A stretch of 64,000 nucleotides of DNA from Strigamia acuminata. Taxonomy: Eukaryota. Positions 13,483-35,205 of this stretch are shown here, in pieces. The position numbers and the translations under genes were made by a program. The stretch spans positions 22,134,001-22,198,000 of the forward strand of contig OX442314.1 in the NCBI GenBank assembly GCA_949358305.1. Direction: 5' to 3'. How positions within the stretch are numbered: position 1 is the first letter of the stretch; every line of letters starts with the position of its first letter. The notes below the pieces were generated by a model. The model did no database searches and had not been told where the DNA came from. It saw only the letters and a list, made by a program, of their open reading frames with translations.

Positions 13483-16400
13483 TGTTCATCATGCGGCGAT
13501 AAATTTATACAAGAAATTTTTTTTAACGATTTCTTTGTCTGCTGGTGTTTTGTGCCTTGCAACATGTTAGCAGAGCCCCATAGACTCTTGAATGACAATT
13601 AATGGGACCATAACTAGTCATCTCGTCTGGGATTGGCTAATAGAAGATTGAACTGAGCCATGATACGCTTAAGTGTGCAAAGGATTTTTCTCTTTTATTT
13701 TGTTTTCCTACATTTTGTTTTTGTTTTTATTTTCAATGATCACTTATCAACTGCAATCGTCAATTAATTTGTTTGTTTGATCTTAAATTTTTATACAAGT
13801 TACCTCTAATTTATCCAGTCGACTCCAAACTAAAGAAAACAACTCAGGAAATTAGGAAATATCAATTTAGTCACAATAGCTCTACTTATTTTAGTCAGTT
13901 TTGTCAGTTTAGTTTCTGAAAACATTGTGAAAGTGGTTGTTGATAAACTTGTACATAAACTATTGATGTTTTTCATGAATATTTTGAGTTTTTTGTTTGA
14001 AATCGAAAATGAGTTTTTGGCTTCAGTTAAACCAATGATATCTGAATACATATCAAAACTGTGCCTTAATAATTATCATATACCACTTAATGCCTGTAAC
14101 ATAAAATCATTCCAGAAATTGAGATAAATATTCGCAATTTGTATTTTTAAAAAAAAGGAAAAAAAAAGATTTTTAACAAAAAATAACAAAGAAAAAAATA
14201 TAAGCTAGATATATCTTTTGAAAATTTAGTCCATTTTCAATTGTTTGAAATAAATTTGGCAGTTGGATGTGATTGAAGTCTTCAAGTTCAACTTGGAAAA
14301 TCAACATGGCTGCTGTGTAAAGTGTTGATGGACAAAGTGTGGCTATTCAATCAAGCTCTTCTAAATAATTTTACTGGAGTGTGTACAGAACAGATTGAAT
14401 GAATTGAAATGAAATGAAATAATGATTGTTTTATAGTTTTTTTGTTTAATTAAATGTTTAAAAAAGATGAATATGAAGAAAAATAATGTTTTTTTTAAAT
14501 CTTCTGTTTGTATAATATTGTAATGACTGGATGATTATAGACAACTACAGACTGCAACGTTTGTAAAAGTACTTGGATGTGTTTTCTGTTTGTTTTTGCA
14601 TGAAAGTTTTAAACGAAATGATTTTGTTTTTGGTCACAAAACGTGTAAATACGATACCAAGTGATAATTATCTTTGGTAAGTGCCATTTTTATCTTACCC
14701 CCTGTCACTCCCTGTTCTGTAGCTTTTGATAACTACAGTCAAACAACCTGTAATTATATTATTACAAATAATCTACATAATTTTGTAATTTTTTATTAAT
14801 GAATTTGAATTTTTTTATTGCACATATTTTTACTGATTGATTAAAAAGTGAAAAATGTGGGACCAGATTATTTGTTCAAGATGAAATTATAATGGAAATA
14901 AAGCTTTTCTTTTTAAAAAATTATGAATTAATTAGTTTTTTTCTCTTACCGGACATGAATTCAGTCATTAGGCTAATGTTGGAGTTGTCAATGGAACCCA
15001 GACATGTCTTAGATTTACTGTTTTAATATTCAGAAATTGATGATTAGCATCTTTAATAGTTGTCACCACCGTTTCCTGTATGTTCAATAATAGATGATAA
15101 TAAGTGATAAGTTTATTAATGAAATTGTGTCGCAATGACTTGTTAAACCACACTGCTAAATACCTCCACCAAGCTTTATGCCAATGATGAAGAAGTAAAA
15201 AAAAAATAGTTGAATGAAAATTCCGCTGTTGATAGTAATAACCTGTAGAATGTCAAATGACTAGACCATTGGATCCAGTTATCAATTGCTGGCTGTAAAA
15301 TATCTTTTGCAATCTGACAGCAGATTCTGTTTCAGATTTCCTTTTCATTCTCGGGCGTCTATTTGGCGCCTTTTCAACCACCTATTTGAGTCATCATGAA
15401 ATTATAGCAGTTTTTTTTACATTTATTTCTTTAGACGTTTCAATTTTAGAAAGATTTTATTACACAATAATGTAGACATTACTAACGTCTACATGTGTGG
15501 TTCCTCTAAGACCTATCACATTGAAAAAACGCACACAAAAAATGATGTAGTTCTGTGAGTTAAGCAATTATAAATCAGAAAAGAAAAAATTATTTACATA
15601 AAAAAAAAAAAATAAGTGAATACAGTAGCAATAATTTTTTTTTTTAAGAATGTAAAATGAGATAGAAATATCGTGATGCAAGAATGAGTCAATATGAAAA
15701 CGAAAAGATGCAATGATAACAATTTTTATTGCATTTTTTTGTTGACAAAAACAAAAATTAACTTTTCTGTGGTGGGATTTACAAATCGAACGAGAGAAAG
15801 ATTATAAAATTTGTTGATTCTGTCAAATTTTAAAGAAATCGAAACTTGGAATAAAATTCTTAGTAAACAAATCCTTTTTTTGGAGCGCCATATTATTTGA
15901 AATTAACCAGTTTGCTACTAGAGGTCACAATTCTTCAGAGAATCACGAGCAAAACCGGAAGCACTCTGCAAACGTCAACGAACGAGAGACACTTTGCACT
16001 TAACAAACGATTTGCTTGCACCAAAAGTGTGTTATGGTGCCATTAGAACAAATCAATAAGACTTCGCCATCTACTTAAGGTAACTAATTTTCAGTAAGTA
16101 TCTACAGCTATAATATCAATGTATTGTATTTTATTTAATGCAAAAATGAACTTTAAAATTTTGAATAATTTAATCATGGTGAGTATTTTAATGAGGAAAC
16201 ATCATGTTGAATATAATTTATTAATAAAAAAAAGTAAACAAAAATATGAAAAAATACCTAACATATGGGATGTAAATATTATAAATAAATATAATTAAGT
16301 TTTAAGTAAAATTATAGCAATTTAATACAATACAGGTGTTGATTAAGTTCTAAACTAAAGTTAATTCCTTTATCAATTTCCACAGATAAGCAATATTTTT

Positions 16401-16758
16401 TATTCGAGCCGAAAATTCTAAAATAAAATAAAAATAAAATTAAAATTGAAATTTCCTTTTTAATGAGGTCGAAGTGTACAGTACATTCCATGGGCAGATG
16501 ATGTAACGTATCATCAATGTTACTTTGCGATGTTTGATCAAAGATGTCTCCCTCATTTAAGTGTCCGTTCGCAATTTACCCGACTTTCGAGGTCTTGTGT
16601 ATTATTATTCATACATTTTTCTTTATTATTATTTCAGATATACATATCAGCAAATTATCCAAACACCGTTCGCCCTTGACAAAGATGTGCATCATTTCCC
16701 TTCCGAATACGATTGTTTAGGAATCCTCTTTGCGGGCAAATAAGACTAAAGGTCAGTA

Positions 16759-17451
16759 ATGGAGCCAACATGTGATTACACGTGTGTGAATTGTGGAGCC
16801 AAAGCGCCGTCCCTTTACAAACAGCATTCACCGGATGTTCTTCGCCTTTATCACTGCAAGAAATGCGAAAATATCGTCGACAAATACGTCGAATACGACA
16901 CAACCATCATTTTGATCGATATCATCCTCCAACAACACCAGGCTTACCGCCACCTACTTTTCAATGCCGGATCGAAGCCTTTTTGGAAACTCGCAGTCAT
17001 TCTCTGGCTGTGCGATTCCTATGTTTTGTGGATCAACCAGGAGGAGAAAAAGAGCCAGCAACAAAACAACTCGAAATTGCAACACTTCCAATTAGATTGG
17101 GACATTTACATTATGGCTTTGGTCGCTTTGCTCGAACTCGTCGCATTCGTCCTGTGCGTTTTAGTCGTTACGCGACTTGTGCGCAATAAATGGCGCATTT
17201 CGCACTCGACGCTCGTGCATGCGATGATCGTGGGCAGTTGCGGCAAATTGATGATCGTGCCCGCTTTGGTGTGGGGACAGAGCGGCAGTTACATATACTT
17301 AGGACTAACGTCGTTCTTCGTTTGGTTGAGTTTGGTACATGTATATCGAGCCGTGTGCGGAGTTGCGCCCAGCGTAGCGTTTGTCACGATTACGTGTTCC
17401 CAAGGAGTTCAATATTTAATTCGCTGCATTCTGTTGACGTGTGTAGAGTAA
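16759..17451 (+). CDS. ARV1: ARV1 (ER lipid/sterol homeostasis and GPI biosynthesis protein), intronless CDS, 230 aa
   Basis: Arv1 homology domain: CxxC...CxxC zinc motif (CVNCG...HCKKC), then VDKYVEYD and QAYRHLLFN, followed by several hydrophobic TM segments. A probable 5'UTR intron spans 16080-16637. Confidence 0.93.
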   Translation: MEPTCDYTCVNCGAKAPSLYKQHSPDVLRLYHCKKCENIVDKYVEYDTTIILIDIILQQHQAYRHLLFNAGSKPFWKLAVILWLCDSYVLWINQEEKKSQQQNNSKLQHFQLDWDIYIMALVALLELVAFVLCVLVVTRLVRNKWRISHSTLVHAMIVGSCGKLMIVPALVWGQSGSYIYLGLTSFFVWLSLVHVYRAVCGVAPSVAFVTITCSQGVQYLIRCILLTCVE

Positions 17452-17943
17452 ACGACGGGACTGTGACATGGTTTATTTAAGTTGGGACCAGAAACTCGCA
17501 TTTTGTAATGATTTTAAATTATTTGCCAGATGCGACCTCCACCCAAAAGCAAACTTATTTATCACCTGGAAGTTTAATGATAAAACTCTGACCTTTACCA
17601 GAAGTTATAGGCACATTTTTTTTGTGTCTGCAAGGAAGGAAAACACAGAAACACTTTTTTTTTTATTTGGCACAGATGTGGGGTCTCTAAAATTGATTGT
17701 TGGCACAATTCCATGCGAGCAAATTAAGGAATAAATACAAACAGACGACCAGTGCTTTGCCAGTGCATTGACAGCGCTTGGGAGTTTGAATTCACTTAGT
17801 AATTTATTTTTAATTATAGCTAAACGAGGTGTTTTTGATTATGTGTTTTAAAAAGTTGTATTGAATGATTTCAATCATTAAACATGTGTAAAGCAAACAA
17901 TTTATTCGTCTTTTTCTTTTTTTTTTTATTGATTAGATAAGGT

Positions 17944-19199
17944 ATGCGATGTGAAATGTTTGTTTGGACAATCTTCTCTTGGTTGATTTTACTGGGAAAT
18001 GTGCCGCTTTCATTTTGCTCATCCTGTTCTGAAGAGTATTTTGAGGACCAGGAAATAGATTTCGATCAAATTTCAAAGGCTGGTGAGACCATAAAGCCAC
18101 TCGGTACAATTAACGCGTCGTCGGTCGAAGAATGTGCCAAAAGCTGTTGCGAATACGTCAGTGGTAAGGAATTTATCGGAATATTCCTATCCATGTCAAA
18201 TTCAAAATTTTATTTTTATTTTTTTATTTGTTTACAGAAAATTGTAATGTAGTTACATACAGTAGAAATCGTACGGATTCATGCTCGCTTTACTTCTGTC
18301 AACCCAATTCGCATTGTTTTCTAAAGGAAAGTTTACAACATGTCTATACAATCAAATTGAAGTTGTTTGATACGACGACGTCTTCCAATTCGACATCGAC
18401 TTTACCAACATCATATTTGACCAACATTTCGGCTACGCGCTTGAAAACTACCACTGACAGAACAGACACAACTGCTGTTACTCCCGATTGGAATGCAACG
18501 ACAATTATCAACAATTTAACTCGCATCGAATACGCACCGCCACTCAACTTTACACTCAAGGCTGAATCAACAACTTATAATTCCGCCGAGACATCACCAG
18601 ATGCTTCATCTACTTCGAAGAAGGAAGAGGAAGGGTCTCGTGTAACCACCGACATTGATATTACCAGCATTCCATTGACAAAAACAACAGCGAGTGTTTA
18701 TATTGGCTCATCTTTTGACAGCGAAGGAAGCATTAATTCTACAACCCCTACAACGACCGAATTGGTAACGAGGGAAGACGAAACTGAACTTAGCACGGTC
18801 AAGGACAAAGATGACATTTCGTCAATATTCAATGTCACAGTGAAGACCAAATTGATGATGAGTAACGAAACTGAACCGCAGATATTTGATGTTACGGTTA
18901 AAACGAAGTTGATGTTAAATAATGAGACTGAGCAGCTGTTGAATGTTTCCGTTACGACTGGTTTGGTAGTTGATTATAATAAGACGGAAGAAGGAGGGAT
19001 TGTTCCCGCGGAGTTGTCGGGAGAGTCGGATCAGTTTAAAAAAGATGTTCATTTAATTGTGGGATTAGTTATTGGGCTGCTGATTTTGTTAACTGTTTTG
19101 GGGTTGGTTGTTCGCAGATTTTACGACGGGTGGCAGAGACGACATTATCAACGAATGGATTTTTTGATTGATGGGATGTACAACAGTCCATCTTCATAA
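17944..19199 (+). CDS. MANSC-domain, mucin-like type I membrane protein (MANSC1/C11orf24-like), 2 coding exons, ~393 aa
   Basis: Exons 17944-18163 and 18238-19199 (phase-1 intron). The protein has a signal peptide, a Cys-rich MANSC-like module (C..SCC...CNVV...CSLYFC....C), a Thr/Ser-rich stalk and one TM helix. The tail RRHYQRMDFLIDGMY resembles the Y..xDYLING(I/M)Y tail of MANSC1/C11orf24. Confidence 0.8.
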
Positions 19200-20082
19200 A
19201 AATCCCTATTTTTTTTTGTTTATTTGGCTTGTTTTAAAGCGAATGATTTTCATTTAGTGAGACAAAATGAGATTTCATTCGCAAAATGGCAATAATTTAC
19301 TATACAATTTGTTTTACACGGGGTTTGAGGCCTTTTTTGATAATTTATTTATTTTTTTGGCTTTATATTAAAATACTGAGGCTCTAGCAATTAATAACGA
19401 AGCAGTTAGTGTTTGAAATTATTTTTAGCTGATAGATAAAACATGTTCAATTTTATAAAATAATGTGTAACAGTTAAATGAAATTAATTTTCATCGAAAT
19501 TGCTTAATATAACTCATCAATTCCGAATTATGGGAACAAATTACTGTTGAACCTTTATTATTTTGTTAAACCAAGTTAACAAATTGTTAAAATACTTAAA
19601 CTTAAACTTAAGTGCCCTTACGAGATTCTGTTTACTGTTTAACCCAATATATTTTTTGTTACGACTTAATTTCTTAATTTATATAAATATATAACTTGTT
19701 ATTTAAACAAAAATGAATAAATAAAAAAATCCTGTTACCTCACTTTCTGTATAAGGAATCGAATCATTGACTCATCGCTTAACCACTCGCACTTCCTCTT
19801 ATTCCTTACTCCAGTCTGGCAATCCACATGCCTCTGGGCAATAGGAATAGCAAAGAGAGCGAGGCTAGCCAGGTTTCCGGTTTGTTCACCTGTGGAATGC
19901 ACTGTAGCAAGACCTAGTGAGTGAGGTTGGCCACTGGCCACCGCTAACATCTCGTAATGCCTTTGTGGCGGAGTGACGATCAGCTATGGACTCGCGTAAA
20001 TCGGTGCAATCGAGTGGACACTTAGGAATATCGCTTATCTCGGGTTACCTTGAAGGTATTTTACCTTGGCCTCGTGATAATC

Positions 20083-28802
<8,720 letters not shown>

Positions 28803-29198
28803 TCAGACGGACACACTGTGAAGATTGTTCTCTATAGTTTGTTTTTATTTGCACGGTATCGATAATGTCGAGAGTGATTTTATTTAAACAAGACATACTC
28901 AAAACGTTTGGAGATGTTTATTTTATATTACAGCTGGTTTTTCAGCTTTGTTTTTGTGTTTGTATGATACTGTACTAATATTTCGTGGTACTTAAGATTA
29001 ATAATTTAATAACTATTTTTTATTATGTATTTTCATCTCCATTGTCCAACCATTGTATATCATTTTTTTTTAAATTATAAAAATATATCTTGTATATTTG
29101 CTCATTGTAAAGAGGTTACATGTTGGACTTGGATTTATGTTATAAAGACTGTTTTTCTTTCTTTTTTAAGATTAATAGTTTTTTTTTTATTATACGTT

Positions 29199-32100
29199 TC
29201 ACAGGTGAGCGACCTGCTGTTTTACTATCTCTTGTGGATGCTGGAAACAGCGAATAACGCCACCGTCCAAAAGAATAACCCTGTAATAGATAATTTATTA
29301 ATCATTGGGTTTGATTTATGATTTGTTTAACTCAACCTGTCGCAGTTGAGAACATCGTCTAATTGAGTTGTTAACGTGATCAAAGTGCAGTCGCGAAAAC
29401 ACTTCCATGCATTTTCTACGATCGTGCGCTCTAAAGGCGCCGACGCTTGGTCTAAAATTACCAACCGATTATTTCTTAGTCGTGCACGTGTCAAACTCAA
29501 AGCACCAAACCACTTTGAATCACTCGTCAAATCATCTTCGTGGATTTGATCGTGTAAACCAAGCGGTAACTGGTGGACAAGATTGGAGAAATTCGAATCG
29601 TGCAATGCCTTCCATACTTTTTCATCACTGTATTCAAAAAAGGGGTCTATATTGCTTCGAACCGTACCTGGAAAAACAGCTGCTGAATCCTAAAAAAAAA
29701 TTTAAAAAAATGACTTTTGATATTTACGAGCAATTCTGTATTAATCACCATTGATACAATTCCAATTTGCGATCGGAGTTGATGTAAACCTATGGTATTG
29801 ATGTCAACTCCGTCTATAAAAGCATTACCGGCAATTGGATCTATCAAACAGAACAAAGCTTCTATGATAGCATTGGTCTCTGTTAAAGTGCCAACAACAC
29901 CAATCTATACGTAATTTATAGTTAGATTGATTGAACTGAACTGTAACTAAAAGTTATACTTTTTCTCCTGGGAGAATTTCACACGTAATGCCTCTTAATA
30001 AGAGGTCTAGTTTATCATGCTGGCATGATACATAGGCTTTAAAGCTAATGTTACCTAGTGATGGCCACATGAGACTAACTGGTGTATGTATTGTCCATGG
30101 TGGCTGTAAATATGTGCTTTTTCATTAGCATTACTTGGTTTTTTTGTTTTGTTTTCAGTTACCTCTCTTGGTAAATGACAGCAGACTTGAATTGTTGATA
30201 AACTTTCACTAGTTGCATCTACAGCTGATACAGAACTGATTAAATCTTCCAATAATTCTTCCAACTGCAGTAAATTTCAACTAGTTATGCCACTTATTTA
30301 TCCCCAGAGTAAACATGAAACTTACTTTCCAAATGCAAATGAATAAAACTCCAAATGTAGCTGGACTTTCTTCAATAAAAACACATGCCATACCAACAAA
30401 AAGGGAAAGAAGGATAACTAACACTTTAGTTCTAACTAGTAACCATCTAGAAATTGTATTTTGTATTGTTAATAAATAATAGATATTTATTGATCGGTTT
30501 ACCTGTCTACAGTGGCTGAAGTATAACTGTATGTGTTGGTGATGTCCAAGTGGGATTCCATGTCTCTCAGACATTCTTTTTCTCTTTTAAACGCTCTGAT
30601 AGATGTTAAGCCTTCAATGGTTTCATCAACCAGGGTTAGAATGGGTGCCCAAGATTGATGTTCAAGGTTCATCATGCAGTATTGCATTCTGTTGAAAAGT
30701 CCCTGAAAACTTGTTCAAAAGTAGTCAAGTTTATTACTATTAATTGCTTATTTCTGTTTACCTGCAAGTAGCAATAAACCAAAAAGAAAATTACAGAAAA
30801 GACACACGATATTGGCTGTAAAATTGTTATGATGGTCAACAAGGAAAAAATGATGCTGCATAGTGTTAATGTTTGGGATATTGCAATTGGAAAAATGCAT
30901 TCAGTTATTTTTAGATGCGCGAGAATATTTTGAATGTAATTCCACTGGATTGACAGATCTTCTATAGTGTTCAGAGATAATTGAAATATGGTAGTCAAAA
31001 CGGCATTCGTTAAGGTTATGGATGAAGTTTCCACTACGTTGTAGATGACAAATTCATTGACGTATAATACAACCACTGCAACATAAAACATAAATAAGGA
31101 TTTGTATAAACACGTATAAACACTTACAGCAAAATAATGATGTTAGAATGTAAAGCAGAATAGCAAAGTTGTATTCTGTGTTCATTATATGAAGTCCGGT
31201 GACATCCAACCAAGATTGCAATGCAAAATGAGATACTATGAACAAAACAATAGCGATTCCAATTAAGAAAAACCAAAGAGACCAATTCCACGCACCACCA
31301 GATCGCATATAAAACTTGATACAGTGTCTCTGAATGTAGACAAAAGATATTTAAAACAGTGGAGTTGCCAAAACCTCATGTAGGTACCAATTTTTTTGAG
31401 TATTTCCACTTTTGAACTTTAGCTGCTGTTGGTTTACCAGTTGCTGGTTTAATCACGGAATTATTTAAAACGAAATTACTACTTTCTCCATCTCCATCAA
31501 TAAGATCTCCGCTTTCATCATAGGAACCGGAACATGCAATAAATCCTTTATGCATGACGACAACTAAATCAGCAACTTTAATAAATGGCAAGTGGTTGGA
31601 AATAAATATTCTCGTCTAAAAAGATCAGTAAAACAAATTAGTGATTACTGGTTATATACATTTTTATACATTTTAATACTTTGTCTTTTAATATTCCTGC
31701 AGGTCCAATCACATCATTGAATATGCTCTCAGCAAGACTTCCATCCAAATTGGAAACAAAATCCTCTATCAGGTAGATATCAGCACTGCTGAAAGCAGCT
31801 CTTGCAATGCACAACTGCTGTTTTTGTTGTTTAGTTAACGGCTCTCCCTTTAATTCACACAAAAATTAGCAACTTATCAGACTCATTAAACCGCTTATCA
31901 AAATCTTTACGAAAGATCCCACAAATGTTAAGTCTCCTAATGAAGTGGTTTTCATTAAAGATGATAAATGACAAGACTGGATCACAGACTCATATAAAAA
32001 ATCATTAGGCAGATGTCCAAAGAGAATATTGTCCTTGATACTGCCATTGTAAACCCATGGTTCGCGGGGTACAAATGCTAATCTTCCCTATACCATATAA

Positions 32101-34972
32101 AAATTAAGCAATACCGTAGTTAACCAGATTACCTACATATACCATTCAATACCTTGACAGATAATCTTCCTCTTATCTTGTCTGTTTCACCTAATAAAGT
32201 AGCCAGTAAACAGTTCTTGCCTGATCCTGTTGGTCCTGTGATTACTACCAATTGGCCTTGTTTGATCTTCAAGTTAATGTCCTTTAAAATTGGTGGTTGA
32301 GCAGGACTCCACGCGAATCGCCCACAAGTGATTAAAACAGCAGAATCTGCAGTAAACATAGTAAAAGTCGCACAAGCAGGATTATGGTTAACTCACTCAC
32401 CATTCTTGTCTTCTTGGGACGTTAGAATATTTTCACCCAGTTCTTCAAGCTGCATAAACTTGTGGAATTCAATGAGAGATGATACAGCCTACTTGCAAAT
32501 AAACACTATTGGCACAATTGTATAATGCAGACTAAATGATTGATAGGAGTGTTAACATACTTTGTATGCAACATACAAGTGCTGAGGAATTTTGTCCAGA
32601 AGAGAAGACAATATGTTAATAACAACAAAAGTGATTATAATAGGTTGAGACGAGATGTGCTGAGGTAGAACCGTGATGTAGTACGTTAAAACTACTGCTA
32701 TTTGGACCTTTAAGGTGGGAAATTTCACTAGAATGTTGCAATAAACATGGAGTTTATACATACAACAAAAGGCATGGAGAATGTAATCCACATTTGGAGG
32801 TTTGACCAATAGAAGAGATGATGAGAATAAGACATTTCTGCCAATCTTTCTCCTTCGACCAGTTTCATATAAGGCACTTCCCAAGCAAGTAATTTTAAAC
32901 ACTGAAACAAAAACGTTTTAATTTAATTTGCTGGTCAGTTTTTGTGTTGATGGTTACTTTGATCCCCTTGAAAATCCTTTTCAACAACTGTGCACTTTTT
33001 AGTTGATCCACAGAAGTGTGGGTTTCCTTGTAGAATTTACGTGATTTATGTTCAATTGTGGCAATTACTAGCAAGATCATAGCTAGCACAATTATACATA
33101 CGAAGGTGGTTTTACCAATAAGTGAGTACAAGAAGTAGAGAGCAAATGTAATTTGAAAGGGTATTGACAAAATAATTGGCAGAGTTTGGATAAAGTTCTT
33201 AATGTGGTTTCCATTGATCGTCACCATTTTTTTTATATTCTTATTGGGTAAATTGTGGACACAAAGTGCGAAACTTCTCAATATCTATCACGAAAAATTA
33301 TCAATTTAATTCAAGTAGTTTTTATTGTTCTTACTTTTTCATGTATAGTTGTTATGAAAATTCCTCGAGATCTCATGCTTGTTATGGTTGCAATGTGCGT
33401 AGACTGGTTATCCAAAAAACACTGAATTAAACTGTTGATAAATAGTACGCTTACTACTATGTATGCACACCAACAACCAGGATTGTCTACAAGTAACTGA
33501 AGAAGAAAACTAAAAAAAAAAAAAAATGGTGATATGTAATTCTAAAATTATTAATTTTTGCCGTTGGTAATACATACTGGAGAAGGAATGGATTTACCCA
33601 CAACATACAATCACTGATGAAGCGTATTGTAAGTGCAAGAAGAAAATCAAAACCAAGGAGTCGGAATAAGAGAGAAGTAAGCGGGAGATTCCACGCTTTC
33701 ACTCCTTTTAATTCGTAATGGATGTAATTCTGTTGTCGCTTCCATTCAAATATTGATTTTACAAAATTGCTGGATTTAAATCTATACAAAAAAAAACAGA
33801 TCGGTTGTATTTAGTTTAGGGGAAATTCAATTTCATGGTTGAACACGTACCCAAGTAATTGTGTGTAGTGAAAATGATAAACTTCGTTTAATTTTGTTCT
33901 CACGTAATGCAGTTTGTCCTGCCAGTTGAGAATGTGTTTTACATTAGGAAAGTTAATCCCGTCTTTTTGAAACATGTAACTGAAAAATGCAATTACATTT
34001 TGTATTATTTACATTATTTTGCAAACTATACAAAAAAATACTTATTTAACCAACTGAAGAATAGTTTAGACAACATTGAAGACTCGTATTCGGGGGTTTT
34101 AAACTGTAATCAATTAAAATTGGTGCGTTAATTAACAGCAGTATGTGTTGAACTGCAGTGAAGCCTACCCGGTGCTTAATTGCAGAATTAACGCAAGGAT
34201 AAGCGTCGGAAAAAAATGATAATACTAATTCTCCAACGACTAATGGGAAGTTAATTAGGTTCACGAGGATTATGGTTACTTGAGTGTTCGAAAAAGTCTA
34301 AAAATTTAAAATTATTTCATATTTTATGTGGAAATAAATGAATAAAAAACTTATCAGAGAAAAATAAAAACCCACATCTGACTCTACGTCTTTTATGGTT
34401 ACAATATATGCAATTAAACAACTTATGGTTTCAATTAACCAAAACAGTGCGAGAATTAAAGATAATCTTTGACCGTGATTTCTGTTAAATTGGACAATAA
34501 AAGCTGTTAAAAGCTAGAAAAAGAAATTTAAAAAGAAATAAAATTCTGGAAAAAAAATGTTGTGAATTTATATAATATCACTCACCAATGTGAAAAAAAC
34601 AAAAATTTGTTCACTTAAATCAATGAAATTCGAAAATGCACACAAACGCACGACGCTGCACACAATAAGCAACCCGTTTAAGACCTACATACGCGTGAAT
34701 TGATTAATTCAGATAAATTGCAATTGCGACTTAAAGTTTACCAGTTTCATGCCTGTTAATGCTGTCCATGGAATGTAACTGATTCTATTTCGCCACGAAT
34801 AATAGATTTCAAGCGGTGTTAAAACCCATAGCACTGTACAAGGAACCCAATTAGTGAGAGAGAAATTATAACATTTGTCTTCAGACGTGGCATCCGCTTC
34901 AAACATCTGCCAGAGAGAAATGTAAACAACAAACCAAAACTTAGGCGTCGAGATTATGCTGTTGTACGACAT
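29199..34972 (-). CDS. Divergent long-type ABCC/MRP protein (TMD0-L0-TMD1-NBD1-TMD2-NBD2) with degenerate nucleotide-binding motifs, ~25 exons, ~1,430 aa
   Basis: Manual splicing gives an open frame throughout. Segments include WVPCTVLWVLTPLEIYY (TMD0), TPEYESSMLSKLFFSW (L0), GIK/CLKLLAWE, GPTGSGKN, NILFG, CIARAAFSSADIYLIED, ETIEGLTSIRAF, WPSLGNISF, IDGVDINTIGLHQLRSQI and GTVRSNIDPF. Stop TGA at 29201-29199. Many intron positions match the neighbouring MRP. The start is uncertain (34972 or 34906). Confidence 0.85.
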
Positions 34973-35205
34973 TGTATACTAGAAGTTGCATTTCTGTGTG
35001 AACATCAAAACACTTACTAACAAGTAAGTCGAAATTTGGTTTTGAAGGTTATTTTGCGGATACACTTGGTGGTCAACACATCTGTTGTGCACCTGCAGGT
35101 TTGAGTACTCAATTTAATTTCTAAAATTACAGATAAATAAACTACTTTCACTTAAAAAATTTTTAATGTTATTTTAATGTTATATAGGTACATATGTAAA
35201 ATGAG

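Noticed and set aside
16470..16600. Possible C/D snoRNA in the ARV1 5'UTR intron (ATGATG motif, small hairpin)
   Set aside because: No CTGA D box or terminal stem found.
16782..17480. Alternative-frame ORFs overlapping ARV1
   Set aside because: Shadow ORFs of a GC-rich coding sequence; no recognisable protein.
29199..34972. Calling the minus-strand ABCC a pseudogene
   Set aside because: Apparent stops (e.g. near 33487 and 31376) disappear with alternative canonical splice sites (acceptor at 33510, donor TTG|GTACCT). No unavoidable disruption was found.
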